Of a stretch of 64,000 nucleotides of DNA, positions 1 to 10,307 are shown in pieces; position 1 is the first letter of the stretch, and each line of letters opens with the position of its first letter. This DNA comes from Candidatus Latescibacterota bacterium (GTDB lineage Bacteria; Latescibacterota; UBA2968; UBA8231): positions 3,200,001-3,264,000 of the forward strand of contig OZ241889.1 in assembly GCA_965203355.1 (NCBI GenBank). Direction: 5' to 3'. Made by a program: the position numbers and the translations under genes. The notes below the pieces were generated by a model. The model ran no database searches and was not told the origin of the DNA. It worked only from the letters and a program-made list of their open reading frames with translations.

Positions 1-2
1 AA

Positions 3-623
3 ACCATCCCCCGCGCCATCGTCGCTTCCCTAGCCATCGCCATGATGTTCTACATCGGCGTCGCGGCCGTCGCCCTAGCCGCCGTAGGGTCGGAGGCGTT
101 CTACGCGGCCACCATGGACAAAGCCGCTCCCCTAAAGGTCATCGCCCAGCACTTTGACGCGCCCGGCGTCTCTTGGATGCTGGCCCTAGGCGCAATCACC
201 GCTATGGCCGGGGTGCTGCTCAACCTGATCCTGGGTCTGTCGCGGGTCCTGCTAGCTATGGGCCGCCGAGGGGATATGCCCCACGCCCTCGCCCGTCTCA
301 ACCGAGATCAGAACACACCCGCTATGGCCGTGGTGGTGATCGGGCTGGCCATTGCCGGGCTGGCCCTCGCAGGCAACATCAAGACCACTTGGTCCTTTAG
401 CGCCTTCACTATTCTGGTCTACTACGCCATCACCAACTTCTGCGCTCTGCGCTTGCCAGCCGACCAGCGGCTCTACCCTCGGTGGATAGCCACAGTAGGC
501 TTAGGCGCCTGTCTGGGGCTGGCGTTTTTTGTCGAGCGCACGATCTGGCTCAGCGGCTTGGGATTGCTCTTATTCGGCTGGTGTTGGCACCGCGTGGCGC
601 AGTACTACAGGGGGAGGGCCTAG
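3..623 (+). CDS. APC family amino acid permease (5'-partial, runs off the window)
   Basis: The frame is open from base 3 (TIPRAIVASL...). It has multiple TM helices and the SRVLLAMGRRGDMP and TP motifs typical of APC transporters. Confidence 0.85.
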   Translation, partial: TIPRAIVASLAIAMMFYIGVAAVALAAVGSEAFYAATMDKAAPLKVIAQHFDAPGVSWMLALGAITAMAGVLLNLILGLSRVLLAMGRRGDMPHALARLNRDQNTPAMAVVVIGLAIAGLALAGNIKTTWSFSAFTILVYYAITNFCALRLPADQRLYPRWIATVGLGACLGLAFFVERTIWLSGLGLLLFGWCWHRVAQYYRGRA

Positions 624-629
624 GGTCGC

Positions 630-2189
630 TCAGTGTATTTTTGCCGGCGCGGCTCTATCCTTCACCAGCAGCGTCGGCCGCTGCCAGCGGGCATCGTCGC
701 GCTCGGGATGATCGCAGTTGTAGTGAACGCCGCGGCTTTCCAAGCGCTGCTGGGCCGAGCGGGCAATGAGCGTGGCTACGGTCGCCAAGTTGCTTAGCTG
801 TACAAGCTCGGCATCGAGCCGCTGCCCGCGGTACAATGCTTCGATTTCTCGCGCCAGCCGCTCGGTCTCCGCACAAGCCCGCAGCAAGCCGCAATCGCTG
901 CGTACGATGCCCACCTCGTCCCACATCAAACGCCGCAGTAGCTCCCGCCGCTCCTCCAGCGCAGCAGGCGCAACAACAGCGCCCTTGTGCTCCACTGCAA
1001 ACCGCCCCACAGCCACGGGCGCGACCGTGCTGGCGTGCGCGACCGCGCGCCGCGCAAAAACCAAACCTTCCAACAGCGAATTACTCGCCAGCCGATTGGC
1101 CCCCTGAAATCCGCTCATCGCCACCTCGCCAGCCGCGTATAAACCCGCGATATCCGTCTGGCCATGCGCGTCCGTCCACACCCCGCCGCCGCTATAATGG
1201 GCGGCGGGCACTACCGGAATTGGCGTCTCGGTCATATCCACACCCATCCCCAGACAATGCTGATAGATGTTGGGAAAGCGGCCGCGGGTCAGGTCGGCAT
1301 CTTGGCCCGTAACATCCAAATAGACACACTCAGCACCGCTTTGCTGCATCTGCGCGACAATCGCCCGCGACACCACATCGCGCGTCTGCAACGGGTCCGT
1401 GAACGCCGCGCCGCGCTCGTCAATAAGCACAGCACCAAAGCCGCGCAAAGCCTCGGTAATCAGGAACGAGGGCCGCCCCGGATCGTAGAGCATGGTCGGG
1501 TGGAACTGCATAAACTCCATGTTGCCCACCCTCGCGCCCGCCCGCCACGCCATGGCAACCCCATCGCCAGAGGCCACGCGCGGGTTGGTGGTGTGCAAAA
1601 AAACCTGCCCGCAGCCGCCCGTGGCCAGCAGCGTAACCGGCGCCAAGGCGGCGACAGGATCGGCTTGCTGCGAGTCCAACACCCAAGCCCCGTGGCAACG
1701 CCGTTGCTCATCTACGATTAAATCTATAGCCAAATGGTGATCGTACCAGGTCACTTGCGGCAGGGCTTGCACAGCCGCGACCAAGGCGCGCGTCACCTCG
1801 CGGCCAGTCGTATCGTCCGCATGTACCACCCGCGCATGGGTGTGCCCGCCCTCGCGCCCCAACGCCAACACCCCGGGCCGCGCTTCATTGAACTGGGCAC
1901 CAATCGCCAGCAGCTCGGCCACCACTTCCGGCCCTTCGGCCACCACCCCTTCGACGACCGCACGGTCGCACAGGCCAGCACCTGCCGCAAGCGTATCCTG
2001 CACATGACTCGCTACTGAATCAGCCGCATCCACGACCGCGGCAATACCGCCTTGTGCGTATTGCGTGTTGGACTCGCGCCGCTCGCGTTTGGTCACGACG
2101 GCTACAGACCCGTGCTGAGCCGCCTTGAGGGCAAAGAACAAACCGGCAATACCGCTGCCGAGCACTAGATAATCCGCCTCGATTTTCAT
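630..2189 (-). CDS. nadB: L-aspartate oxidase
   Basis: GSGIAG FAD loop, NTQYAQGGIA, EGGHT, MEFMQFHPT, PAAHY, GANRLASNSLLE and ESRGVHY motifs. Confidence 0.95.
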   Translation of the reverse strand: MKIEADYLVLGSGIAGLFFALKAAQHGSVAVVTKRERRESNTQYAQGGIAAVVDAADSVASHVQDTLAAGAGLCDRAVVEGVVAEGPEVVAELLAIGAQFNEARPGVLALGREGGHTHARVVHADDTTGREVTRALVAAVQALPQVTWYDHHLAIDLIVDEQRRCHGAWVLDSQQADPVAALAPVTLLATGGCGQVFLHTTNPRVASGDGVAMAWRAGARVGNMEFMQFHPTMLYDPGRPSFLITEALRGFGAVLIDERGAAFTDPLQTRDVVSRAIVAQMQQSGAECVYLDVTGQDADLTRGRFPNIYQHCLGMGVDMTETPIPVVPAAHYSGGGVWTDAHGQTDIAGLYAAGEVAMSGFQGANRLASNSLLEGLVFARRAVAHASTVAPVAVGRFAVEHKGAVVAPAALEERRELLRRLMWDEVGIVRSDCGLLRACAETERLAREIEALYRGQRLDAELVQLSNLATVATLIARSAQQRLESRGVHYNCDHPERDDARWQRPTLLVKDRAAPAKIH

Positions 2190-4855
2190 TTGATAAAAAT
2201 CATCTTATTAGCGCGGGCGATCGGCCCGATGCGCAATACACAATAATACATGCCGCTGGCCACGCGCTCGCCCCGCTCGTCGCGGCCATCCCAAAAAGTG
2301 CTGTACAACCCCGGGGCCGCCAGTTCCTTCACCAAATGCCGCACCAAACCGCCGGTCAAGGTGCAGACTTTCAACTCGACCAAGGTCTGGCCAGAGACGA
2401 TGGGGTCGTTGATCCCGATCTGATAGTCAATCTGCGTCCCCTCGTTGAACGGGTTGGGGTAATTCTGCCCCAAGGCAAAATCCAAGGGCGTGCGAGGATC
2501 GAAGTTGAGGAAGGGCTGCCAGTTGACATCGCCGTTGATCCGGGCCGCGATCCAACGCTCGTCCTCGTTCCCCCACCAATTGTTAATCGCCTGCAAGGGT
2601 TGATCCGTTTGATTATCGAGCAGTTGCTCACCTTCTTGGACGCCATTCAAGACCAGCCGCGTCGGCACCACGCTCCCCTCCACCCGCATGGCCAACGCAT
2701 TGCGGAAGAATTGATTGCGCACAATGCGCGGGCGCGCACTGCGCGTCCAAAGGCCCACTTCGTGATTGTACAGCTCGTTGTCCTCGATCTCGACTTCTCT
2801 CGTCTCCACGCAGTAAATCCCAATCCCGCCGGTAAACGAATTGCCCGTTATCTTGCCGCTGGTCCCCCGCCCCAAGACCAAGTTGGCCTCTTCGGGCACC
2901 CCCGAGCCGTTGGCGTTGAAACGAGTATTGAGCAACGACAAAAACCCACCCTCGCGCCAAATGCCAGCGCGGCCATTGCCGTGCAGCTCGGCGCGGTTTA
3001 TCCGCGTCAAGCCAGGGCCAGCGATCCAAATGCCCACGCCACCTGCTTCCTCGACGCGCACGCCGTCTAAGCGAATCTCCTCTTCGACCTTTGCTAAGCG
3101 AATGCCGTCCGCCCGGACGCGGCGGATGGTCACATCTTCCAAGGTAATGGCGTGGTCCATTTTCTCGGACAACAGGCCATAGTCGGCATGGTCGATGCGG
3201 ACGCGGCGCAAATAGGCCGTGGCCGTTTGGTGCAGCACGATGCCGCGCCAATCGCCGGGCTGCGGGTCGGCCGCGGCCGAGTGGAAGGCGGTTTGCCCCT
3301 GCCCGGAAACGCCGATGGCGAGATCGCCGTACACTATCAGTTCCACGCGCGTCGTATCCGCGCCCGTAGCCAGCGCGTCCGGCCCCACCTGCACCTGCGC
3401 ACCAGCGCGGATATCGAGGTGCCCTCCGGGCAGAACGGTCACGTCGCCGACCATCTCAATGCGGTCGCGCCAGATTTCCACGTCGCCAATCGGACCGGCA
3501 CGCCGGTGGTCTTGCAGCTTGAGATCGGCCACCATCTGATCCCCGGATCGGCGGATATTCGTCACGCTAATCCCGGTTGTAGAAGCCGGGTTGGACGCGG
3601 CCCAGAAGTCGGTAAATTGCTCGCCGTCAAACACGTCCGTGGCGTCTCCGAGGTTGCCGCCAAAATCCGTGCGATAGCGCTCATCATGCGCCCAAAAGTC
3701 GAGATTGTCGCGACCGCTAAACCGGGCTATCTGGCGGCCCAAGGGGAAACCTGCATCGCCAAAAAGCCCATCAGCGCATACTAAATCCACCTGTTTGATG
3801 GCTTCCATATTATTGCCGCTGCGCGTGGGATCTACGCGCCAGATCAACAAGCCCTCGCCGGGCAAATTGCGCTCGTAATAGCTGTGCTGGCGGCTGCGGA
3901 ACTCCACGAGAAAAAGGTGCTCAGCGGGCGCCGCCGCGGGCAGCAAATACACCGCGCCACCCGCGTTGACATCGGCAAAAACCACGTCGTCTTGGTCCGC
4001 GCGCAGCACGTTGAGCTGTTGGTTGTTCACCCCCAGCCAACCAAGCTGCCCCAAGCTCCACGCGCAAAAGGGATTGGGTCCATCTACCTCGCCCCAGCCG
4101 CGATTGCCGTGCCCCATCAAGCCCCAATAGCCAATGCCCCCCGAGTCGTCGTCCGGCTCGGCTCCAGGATCGCGGTCGTACAGGTCGGGCAGGCCCAGAA
4201 AGTGTCCAAACTCGTGGGCCATGCTGCCCACGGCCTCGGCAGAAGACCGCCCGCGCTGCACGGCCCCACTTTTCGAGCGCACCCGAATGAAACCGCCGCG
4301 CCGGGCGCGGTCTTCGCTCACAAAATCGCTACCCAATCCGAGCCGAGCAACGCCCGTGGCCTCTTCGACGATAAAGCCCTTGGGGGCCGAGGCCGAGATG
4401 ATAAAAATAAAATCCACGTAGCCATCGTCGTCGCCAGAGTTGGGCACCCCGTCCGGGCCGTCGTTGTCGTAGCGGCTAAAGTCCACATCGGCATCAACGG
4501 CTTGGATGATCTCGCGCGCAAAGCGACCATACCCGCCCTCCGCGCCTGCGTACGCGGCCGCCTGGCTGCGGGACGCGTACCAACGGGGCAGCACCTCGCC
4601 GGTAAGTTCGAACTGCCCGCGCGACATCTCGCTATAGAAGTGAGTTAGGCTGCCCGGCTGCTCGGAGAAAATCTCCGCCGCAAAAGACGGGACCGCGCCG
4701 CCCAAGCCGCCCTCATCGGCAAAGTGCGCGAAGATGGTCAGCGCGTGGATGTGGCCGGTTCGGGGGGCGACGTCTTGCAGGGGAGCCGCGCCGGCTCCTG
4801 CGGACGCAAACCAAGCGGCGACGAGCGCGTTTTTGGCAGCAAGTTTAAGCATCAA
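2186..4855 (-). CDS. Secreted M6 (immune inhibitor A-like) metalloprotease with beta-helix repeats and C-terminal FlgD-Ig domain
   Basis: Signal peptide, DNDGPDG..DDGYVD Ca-binding loop, HEFGHFLGLPDLYD zinc motif, GLM Met-turn, parallel beta-helix region, and C-terminal QNYPNPFN...WDGRD...VASGMY. Confidence 0.85.
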   Translation of the reverse strand: MMLKLAAKNALVAAWFASAGAGAAPLQDVAPRTGHIHALTIFAHFADEGGLGGAVPSFAAEIFSEQPGSLTHFYSEMSRGQFELTGEVLPRWYASRSQAAAYAGAEGGYGRFAREIIQAVDADVDFSRYDNDGPDGVPNSGDDDGYVDFIFIISASAPKGFIVEEATGVARLGLGSDFVSEDRARRGGFIRVRSKSGAVQRGRSSAEAVGSMAHEFGHFLGLPDLYDRDPGAEPDDDSGGIGYWGLMGHGNRGWGEVDGPNPFCAWSLGQLGWLGVNNQQLNVLRADQDDVVFADVNAGGAVYLLPAAAPAEHLFLVEFRSRQHSYYERNLPGEGLLIWRVDPTRSGNNMEAIKQVDLVCADGLFGDAGFPLGRQIARFSGRDNLDFWAHDERYRTDFGGNLGDATDVFDGEQFTDFWAASNPASTTGISVTNIRRSGDQMVADLKLQDHRRAGPIGDVEIWRDRIEMVGDVTVLPGGHLDIRAGAQVQVGPDALATGADTTRVELIVYGDLAIGVSGQGQTAFHSAAADPQPGDWRGIVLHQTATAYLRRVRIDHADYGLLSEKMDHAITLEDVTIRRVRADGIRLAKVEEEIRLDGVRVEEAGGVGIWIAGPGLTRINRAELHGNGRAGIWREGGFLSLLNTRFNANGSGVPEEANLVLGRGTSGKITGNSFTGGIGIYCVETREVEIEDNELYNHEVGLWTRSARPRIVRNQFFRNALAMRVEGSVVPTRLVLNGVQEGEQLLDNQTDQPLQAINNWWGNEDERWIAARINGDVNWQPFLNFDPRTPLDFALGQNYPNPFNEGTQIDYQIGINDPIVSGQTLVELKVCTLTGGLVRHLVKELAAPGLYSTFWDGRDERGERVASGMYYCVLRIGPIARANKMIFIK

Positions 4856-5994
4856 GAAGCGGCGCGCTTTTCGAGCAAAAACAAGAATTCGCGATTGGCT
4901 TCACCCGCATCGCGCGTCCATTTATGCGTCCACTTCATACCGGCCATGACGTTCTTTTTGTATTCGATCTCGACCACCTCTAACAGCCGGCCGTGCCTGC
5001 TCAGGACATCGTCCAATGCTCGGGCTGTTGCCCGACCGCCTGAGCTATAGGACAAGATCGTCCAGCGGGCGGGCGTGGCCGCGATGAGTTGCTCAATGGC
5101 CTCGACGGCTTTGAAGCGGCCTCGATCACTCCGGCGAAACTCCTCAAAGGCCGATGCAGCGATGGAGTCGGCGGTGTCGCAGCGTCGATTGGCCTTACCG
5201 AAAAGGCTGGGGTTGTCAAAGAGCACAACGCTCGTCCACACGTGGTAATAAGCGGCATAACGCACGCGCGATGGCGGCATTTTCTCGTTGTTCGACCCAT
5301 ACGGCGGATCAAAATACGCCAGATCAACCGCGACCTGGGGCACTAAGTCCAAGATGTCGCGTTGGCATACTTGGTGCGGCAAGGACGATGGAACGATGCC
5401 GGGGATGTCGAGTACGAGGTCTCCATAGGAGCGAGGCGACCAGTCTTTGAGATACGAGACAAAGTGCCCTAGGCTGCTATCGACGCGATCGAGGGCTAGC
5501 ATCAGACTCGTCAGCGCCACGGACTTAGAGACCGGATCGAGCGCCAGATCTTCGATCTCCTGCCGGATGGCATCGAGCTTGCGGGTATTGTGTATTTGCC
5601 AAGGCTTCTTGCGGCCATCGCGCTGGATGGAACAGCCGCCGTTGGGCTGTCCTCCGTAGTGCTCGGTGAACCACCCATCCACTGGCGGCACGGCATTGAG
5701 GTGATCGATAAGCGATTGGTAGTACTCGCGTTTCTTCTTGTTGAGCAGATAGCACGTACCAAACACCTTGGACCACGCGGCAATGTCGTTGCAGACAACC
5801 GTATAACCACGACGGGCGAGGGCCTGCGATACGCGCGTTGTGCCGGCGAACCCGTCCAAAACGGTCTTGGGGCCCACTTTTTCGACTAGCTGCAAGATGT
5901 GCGGGAGCAGCTTCAACTTGGATCCGGCGTATTTGATACCCTCGGTGCGAGGAACATCTACGATGCTATCGCCGAAAAGCGGCAGTTCCGTCAC
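4852..5994 (-). CDS. N6-adenine DNA methyltransferase (D12 class) of a type II R-M pair
   Basis: KYAGSKLKL, LDGFAGT (motif I), YFDPPY (motif IV), ILSYS and a C-terminal EFLF. Confidence 0.9.
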   Translation of the reverse strand: MTELPLFGDSIVDVPRTEGIKYAGSKLKLLPHILQLVEKVGPKTVLDGFAGTTRVSQALARRGYTVVCNDIAAWSKVFGTCYLLNKKKREYYQSLIDHLNAVPPVDGWFTEHYGGQPNGGCSIQRDGRKKPWQIHNTRKLDAIRQEIEDLALDPVSKSVALTSLMLALDRVDSSLGHFVSYLKDWSPRSYGDLVLDIPGIVPSSLPHQVCQRDILDLVPQVAVDLAYFDPPYGSNNEKMPPSRVRYAAYYHVWTSVVLFDNPSLFGKANRRCDTADSIAASAFEEFRRSDRGRFKAVEAIEQLIAATPARWTILSYSSGGRATARALDDVLSRHGRLLEVVEIEYKKNVMAGMKWTHKWTRDAGEANREFLFLLEKRAAS

Positions 5995-6848
5995 GTTGCC
6001 ATCCCCGATCCGCGCTGCAATCGCGCAATGTCTTCTTTAATCTCTGCCAAAGCCGCTCTGTGTCCGGTTGACGATGATACTAGCGCATGAGAAAACAACT
6101 TGACGAGTAACGGGTTGTGTGAATAGTCAATCCACCCTCCAGTGATGCTCTCAAAATAGCTCAGTCCATTCTTGGTGTGAGTCCACAGGCCGCGTTGCAG
6201 GGCGTTTGCCGTGGCATCGCCATAGCGCACCTCGCAAATATAGTCCCCAGCTATATTGTAAAAGCGATATACAGGATGCTTTCTGCCTTTTCCTCCTACT
6301 TCTTTCGCGATATGAGCGGCTTCACGCATTGCCCGGTTGTAGTCGAACACGAGTATGTTACACCGTTGGTGCTCTTCGTCGTAGATAAGCGGCAAAACGT
6401 TGATATTGCCAAACTCAACAAATGCAGGGTCTTGCAAAACCTTTTGCACCGCCATTCGTCCCCTTATTTCGGACCGCTCTTTTTCCAATCGTGGAAACAT
6501 GCGAAAGTTCTTGTCGGTGGAAAGCTGAAGCGGACCATCCCCATACGCTTTAAGGCTGACCGGAAACTCAGCTTTGGTGATTTCATTGATAATTTTGATA
6601 TCTTCCTCTTTTGACTTTGCTCGATAAAGATCTTTGCCGACGTGAACGGAGCGAAAGTCGTACATGTATTGATAGATGAATTCGGAGATCGCTATCTCCG
6701 CCAAGTCGCCGTGTGTCTTGTTTCCAATAAGACGCATGGTAAAGACGTTGCTGAGCGTGATCGCGATCAGATCTGGGTGTTTGCTGATTGACAGCTTCAG
6801 GCGATCCGTGAAGTCTTTGTAGGGATTGGGACCGTTCATCCAGCTCAT
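5991..6848 (-). CDS. Putative type II restriction endonuclease
   Basis: Lower-GC 285-aa ORF overlapping the MTase start (GTGA), with a GDLAE helix and a D...SLK PD-(D/E)XK-like motif. The call is mainly from context. Confidence 0.65.
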   Translation of the reverse strand: MSWMNGPNPYKDFTDRLKLSISKHPDLIAITLSNVFTMRLIGNKTHGDLAEIAISEFIYQYMYDFRSVHVGKDLYRAKSKEEDIKIINEITKAEFPVSLKAYGDGPLQLSTDKNFRMFPRLEKERSEIRGRMAVQKVLQDPAFVEFGNINVLPLIYDEEHQRCNILVFDYNRAMREAAHIAKEVGGKGRKHPVYRFYNIAGDYICEVRYGDATANALQRGLWTHTKNGLSYFESITGGWIDYSHNPLLVKLFSHALVSSSTGHRAALAEIKEDIARLQRGSGMAT

Positions 6849-6914
6849 TTAACTGCTGAAAATTAAGGATATAAGACTTCTATCAAGGAAGCATGGTTCA
6901 AGTTATCTGCGCCC

Positions 6915-8468
6915 CTATCGCTTGTCAATATGACCTCGGGTCCAGTCGATCTGGACGCCGCTGTAATGCCTCAACCGCTGGTCGCGCTGGATGCGGTAGC
7001 GGCTGCTCAGCCGCCAGTCGCCATAGGCAATCCCCAGCAGCGCGTACCCGCGCCAGCCCGTACCGTGGAGCGAGCGAATGCTCACGGCCCCGGGCAGATC
7101 CGCCTCGTATTCGTAAATCCGCGTCCAATACGAGTCCGTGCGGAAGCGGCTCACGTGCAAGGTCAGCCAGCGCGTCTTAAACCGCACACTGCCCAACAGA
7201 CCCCACTCGGCGCGGCGCGCGCGGTGCCAGCGCACCCATTCGCCGCGCCAGCGCCAAGCCCCCCGCTCCAAGTCCAAGCGCCATTTGTGGCTGCGCTCTT
7301 GGGCCAACCGCTCGTCCGCCCAGTGCGGCCGCAGGCGTCTCTGCCACTGCCCGCGCATAGCCCAGTGGCGACCCAACGGCCGCCGCAACTCGCCTCCCCA
7401 AGTAGCATACGTAGCGGGCACGGGTATGAAGTAGGAGCGTGCGGGCCGCTGGTACACGTCCACGTAGCCGCGCCAGCCACGCCCGCGGACCTCGGCGACG
7501 ACGCCCTGCTCGTTCTGCATGGCCGAAGTCCCGGGCGCCGCGCCAAAAAAGCTGTGGAATCCCGGCGCGTAGTAGCGGCCCAGCGTCCGCATTCGCAGCC
7601 CTCCATACCGCCCTCGCAATCCCCCGACCACCCCCCAGTGCCCCATCCCATCGCCAGCCACCTCCAATGCCGCTCGGCCCCGATCCCATTCCACGCGCAG
7701 GTCCACAGCCCCTATGCGCTGCCGGTCGCCAACAAAGCCCCAAGGCGTCCGCCCATCCCGCCGCAAGTCAATCGGGTGAGAAAAATCCAAGGCCAGCAGG
7801 GTCGTGCCCCACTGCCAATGCTCGCCGCGCCAGTGTAGCCGCCCGCCGCCCGCGCGGATGCCCAGCAGGTCGCGGCCAGCCACCTCGGTCGCCGTCACGT
7901 GATAGCCGCTTTCGGGCAGGGACCGCACCTGCCCCTGTTCGTCCAAGCGTCCATCCCGACGCGTCCAACCCCCGAACACCATCCCACTCCACGCCCGGCC
8001 ATCGCCACGCCACGCCGCACCGCGCAGGGCCTGATTCTCCCCGCTAGAGCGATACCCCAAGCGCTGACTGTCGCCCGCCGGCATCCTCGGCGCAACACTC
8101 CCGCGCCGACTGCGCCCAAACACCAAGCCCGCTCCCGTGCCAGGCCGCAGGTCGCCGACGACCCATTCGGACCGCCGCCGCTGCACTGCGTAATAAAACG
8201 TCCTAAAATCGCTCCACCCGGCCTCGCCTGGATCGCGCTCGGCCAAGCCAAAAAACGCTTGTCCGCGAACCGGCGCGACCTCCACCCGCTGATACAACTG
8301 CCATCGCGCCCGAGCCAATTCAGCCCCGCGCACCCGCCACCGCATGGCCGCCGCGTCTAGCCTGCCCAAGTCGTCCAACCGCTGCTCCAAATAACCCGCG
8401 TCCTCTTCGCCCAAATCCTCTTGCGCCCACGCCGGGCCTACTAAAACCAACACCCATAGTCGCCACAT
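6915..8468 (-). CDS. Outer-membrane beta-barrel-like protein resembling the C-terminal barrel of FCB ComEA-type helix-hairpin-helix proteins
   Basis: Signal peptide; AERDPGE, VVGDLRPGTGAGLVF, SGYH.T.TE, NEQG and FRTDSYWTRIYEYEADL motifs; amphipathic beta strands. Confidence 0.6.
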   Translation of the reverse strand: MWRLWVLVLVGPAWAQEDLGEEDAGYLEQRLDDLGRLDAAAMRWRVRGAELARARWQLYQRVEVAPVRGQAFFGLAERDPGEAGWSDFRTFYYAVQRRRSEWVVGDLRPGTGAGLVFGRSRRGSVAPRMPAGDSQRLGYRSSGENQALRGAAWRGDGRAWSGMVFGGWTRRDGRLDEQGQVRSLPESGYHVTATEVAGRDLLGIRAGGGRLHWRGEHWQWGTTLLALDFSHPIDLRRDGRTPWGFVGDRQRIGAVDLRVEWDRGRAALEVAGDGMGHWGVVGGLRGRYGGLRMRTLGRYYAPGFHSFFGAAPGTSAMQNEQGVVAEVRGRGWRGYVDVYQRPARSYFIPVPATYATWGGELRRPLGRHWAMRGQWQRRLRPHWADERLAQERSHKWRLDLERGAWRWRGEWVRWHRARRAEWGLLGSVRFKTRWLTLHVSRFRTDSYWTRIYEYEADLPGAVSIRSLHGTGWRGYALLGIAYGDWRLSSRYRIQRDQRLRHYSGVQIDWTRGHIDKR

Positions 8469-8610
8469 AATCTTTCCTCCTTTATCTGGACTCTTGCAAA
8501 GATTGTGCCATGCGGCGCAGGCAGTGGCTAGTATATCTTTTATTCCTTATCCTGTTTCGCTTAGGTTACAGTCCTATGCGGATAGTTTCCATCTCCCAAC
8601 GAGATCATAC

Positions 8611-9399
8611 ATGAGAATCTTCAAATACACTGTTTTGCTCGCCAGTTCCCTGCTCATCGCCTACGGCGACGACCATCCCGTCGAAAGACAGCCCGCCGCG
8701 CAAGAATACAACAGCGGGAATGCAGAAAGCCATTGGCGGGGAATCGAGATTCGTCCCGAAAGCAGATGTTCCCCTTACGATCGCAGCGACTATCGCTACC
8801 CGCAGTCCCTCGAGCTTGTCATTATCAAAGAGCTCGGCCGCATCTACAGCCCGTACACTGGGCGTTGTTTTTCTGGCCGGGGGGAGACGGACATTGAGCA
8901 CATCGTCGCGCTTTCCGAGGCGCACGACAGTGGGCTATGCGCGCCGGTCCCCAATGTCGCCAAGCTACGTCGAGCCTTTGCGGCCGATCCGCTCAATCTG
9001 ACGCTTGCCAGCCCTGAATTAAACCGCGGCCGCAAGCGGCACTACGACGCTGCCGAATGGCTGCCACCGTACAACCAATGCTGGTTTGCCGCCCGCATCG
9101 TCGAGGTGCGCCGCAAGTACGGCCTCACCATTGACCGCCGCGAGGCCGCCGCCTTAGACCGCGTGTTGGCGACTTGCTCTTCCACAGCGATGATCGGGCC
9201 GGCCGACGATTGCACCGGCGGGACCCTGCCCGCCCAAGCGCCGCCAGCAGGCACCCCGCTTAGCCTCTGGGACGACAACGGCAACGGGCGCATCACTTGC
9301 GAAGAGGCCCGTCGCCACGGCATCGCGCCCGTGTCGCGCAGCCATCCGGCGTATCCATTTATGCGCGACGGCGATGGCGACGGCGTGGTCTGCGAATAA
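8611..9399 (+). CDS. Exported HNH-type nuclease (DUF1524-like) with C-terminal Excalibur Ca-binding motif
   Basis: DIEHIVALSEA, FAADPLNL...N..K..DAAEWLP, and terminal RDGDGDGVVCE. ATG 8611 precedes a signal-like hydrophobic stretch. Confidence 0.8.
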   Translation: MRIFKYTVLLASSLLIAYGDDHPVERQPAAQEYNSGNAESHWRGIEIRPESRCSPYDRSDYRYPQSLELVIIKELGRIYSPYTGRCFSGRGETDIEHIVALSEAHDSGLCAPVPNVAKLRRAFAADPLNLTLASPELNRGRKRHYDAAEWLPPYNQCWFAARIVEVRRKYGLTIDRREAAALDRVLATCSSTAMIGPADDCTGGTLPAQAPPAGTPLSLWDDNGNGRITCEEARRHGIAPVSRSHPAYPFMRDGDGDGVVCE

Positions 9400-9427
9400 C
9401 GGCTAGTGCCGCTCAAAGGAGCCAAAC

Positions 9428-10255
9428 ATGAAACTCACCACCTGTAACGAATATTTCACCGACTGGCCCATCGAAGCGGTCTTCAACTACGCCGCCGACC
9501 TCGGATACGCCGCCGTCGAAATCGCCCCCTTCACCCTCGCCAACAGCGTCGAAGACGTTTCCGCGTCGCGCCGCACCCAAATCCGCGCCGCCGCCGCCCG
9601 CGCTGGCGTGGAAATCGCTGGCCTACACTGGCTCTTGGCCAGCCCCGACGGCTTGCACATCACCCATCCCGACCCAGCCATCTACCAGCGCACCTGCGCG
9701 TACTTCAGGGAGCTAGTCCGGTTCTGCGGCGACCTCGGCGGCCAAGTGATGATCATCGGCTCGCCCATGCAGCGCAACGTGCAAGCGGGATGGGATCACC
9801 AAGAATGCTGGAACCGCATGCGTGCGGCGTTTGAAGGCAGCTTGGAATTAGCCCAACAGCACGGCGTCTATCTCTGCATCGAGTCCCTGAGTAAAGACCA
9901 GACGAACATCATCTCCACCTGCGCCCAAGCGCGCAAAATGGTCGCCGAGATCGACCACCCGCACTTCCAGACCATGGTCGATGTGTGCTCCGGCTCCACC
10001 GAAGAAATTCCCGTTGCCCAGCTTTTGCGCGACGCCGGCCAGCACCTCTACCACGTCCACGTCAACGACGCCAACAAACGCGGCCCGGGCTTTGGCAACA
10101 CCGATTTCGCCAGCGTCATGCAGACGCTCAAGGACCTCGATTATCAGCGTTACGTCTCGGTAGAAGTGTTCGATTTTAATCCGGATCCGCGCACCATTGC
10201 CGCTGGCAGCCTGCACTACCTCAAGGGCCTTGCCGCCGCCTTGGACCTCTCTTGA
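9428..10255 (+). CDS. Sugar phosphate isomerase/epimerase (xylose-isomerase-like TIM barrel)
   Basis: GYAAVE, LCIE, HVHVND, GPGFG and YVSVEVF motifs; AAAGGAG RBS. Confidence 0.88.
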   Translation: MKLTTCNEYFTDWPIEAVFNYAADLGYAAVEIAPFTLANSVEDVSASRRTQIRAAAARAGVEIAGLHWLLASPDGLHITHPDPAIYQRTCAYFRELVRFCGDLGGQVMIIGSPMQRNVQAGWDHQECWNRMRAAFEGSLELAQQHGVYLCIESLSKDQTNIISTCAQARKMVAEIDHPHFQTMVDVCSGSTEEIPVAQLLRDAGQHLYHVHVNDANKRGPGFGNTDFASVMQTLKDLDYQRYVSVEVFDFNPDPRTIAAGSLHYLKGLAAALDLS

Positions 10256-10307
10256 CAGTAGCACCCTTTTTGCGAACCTTCGGGCTTCCACCAAGAAAGG
10301 ATTTCCC

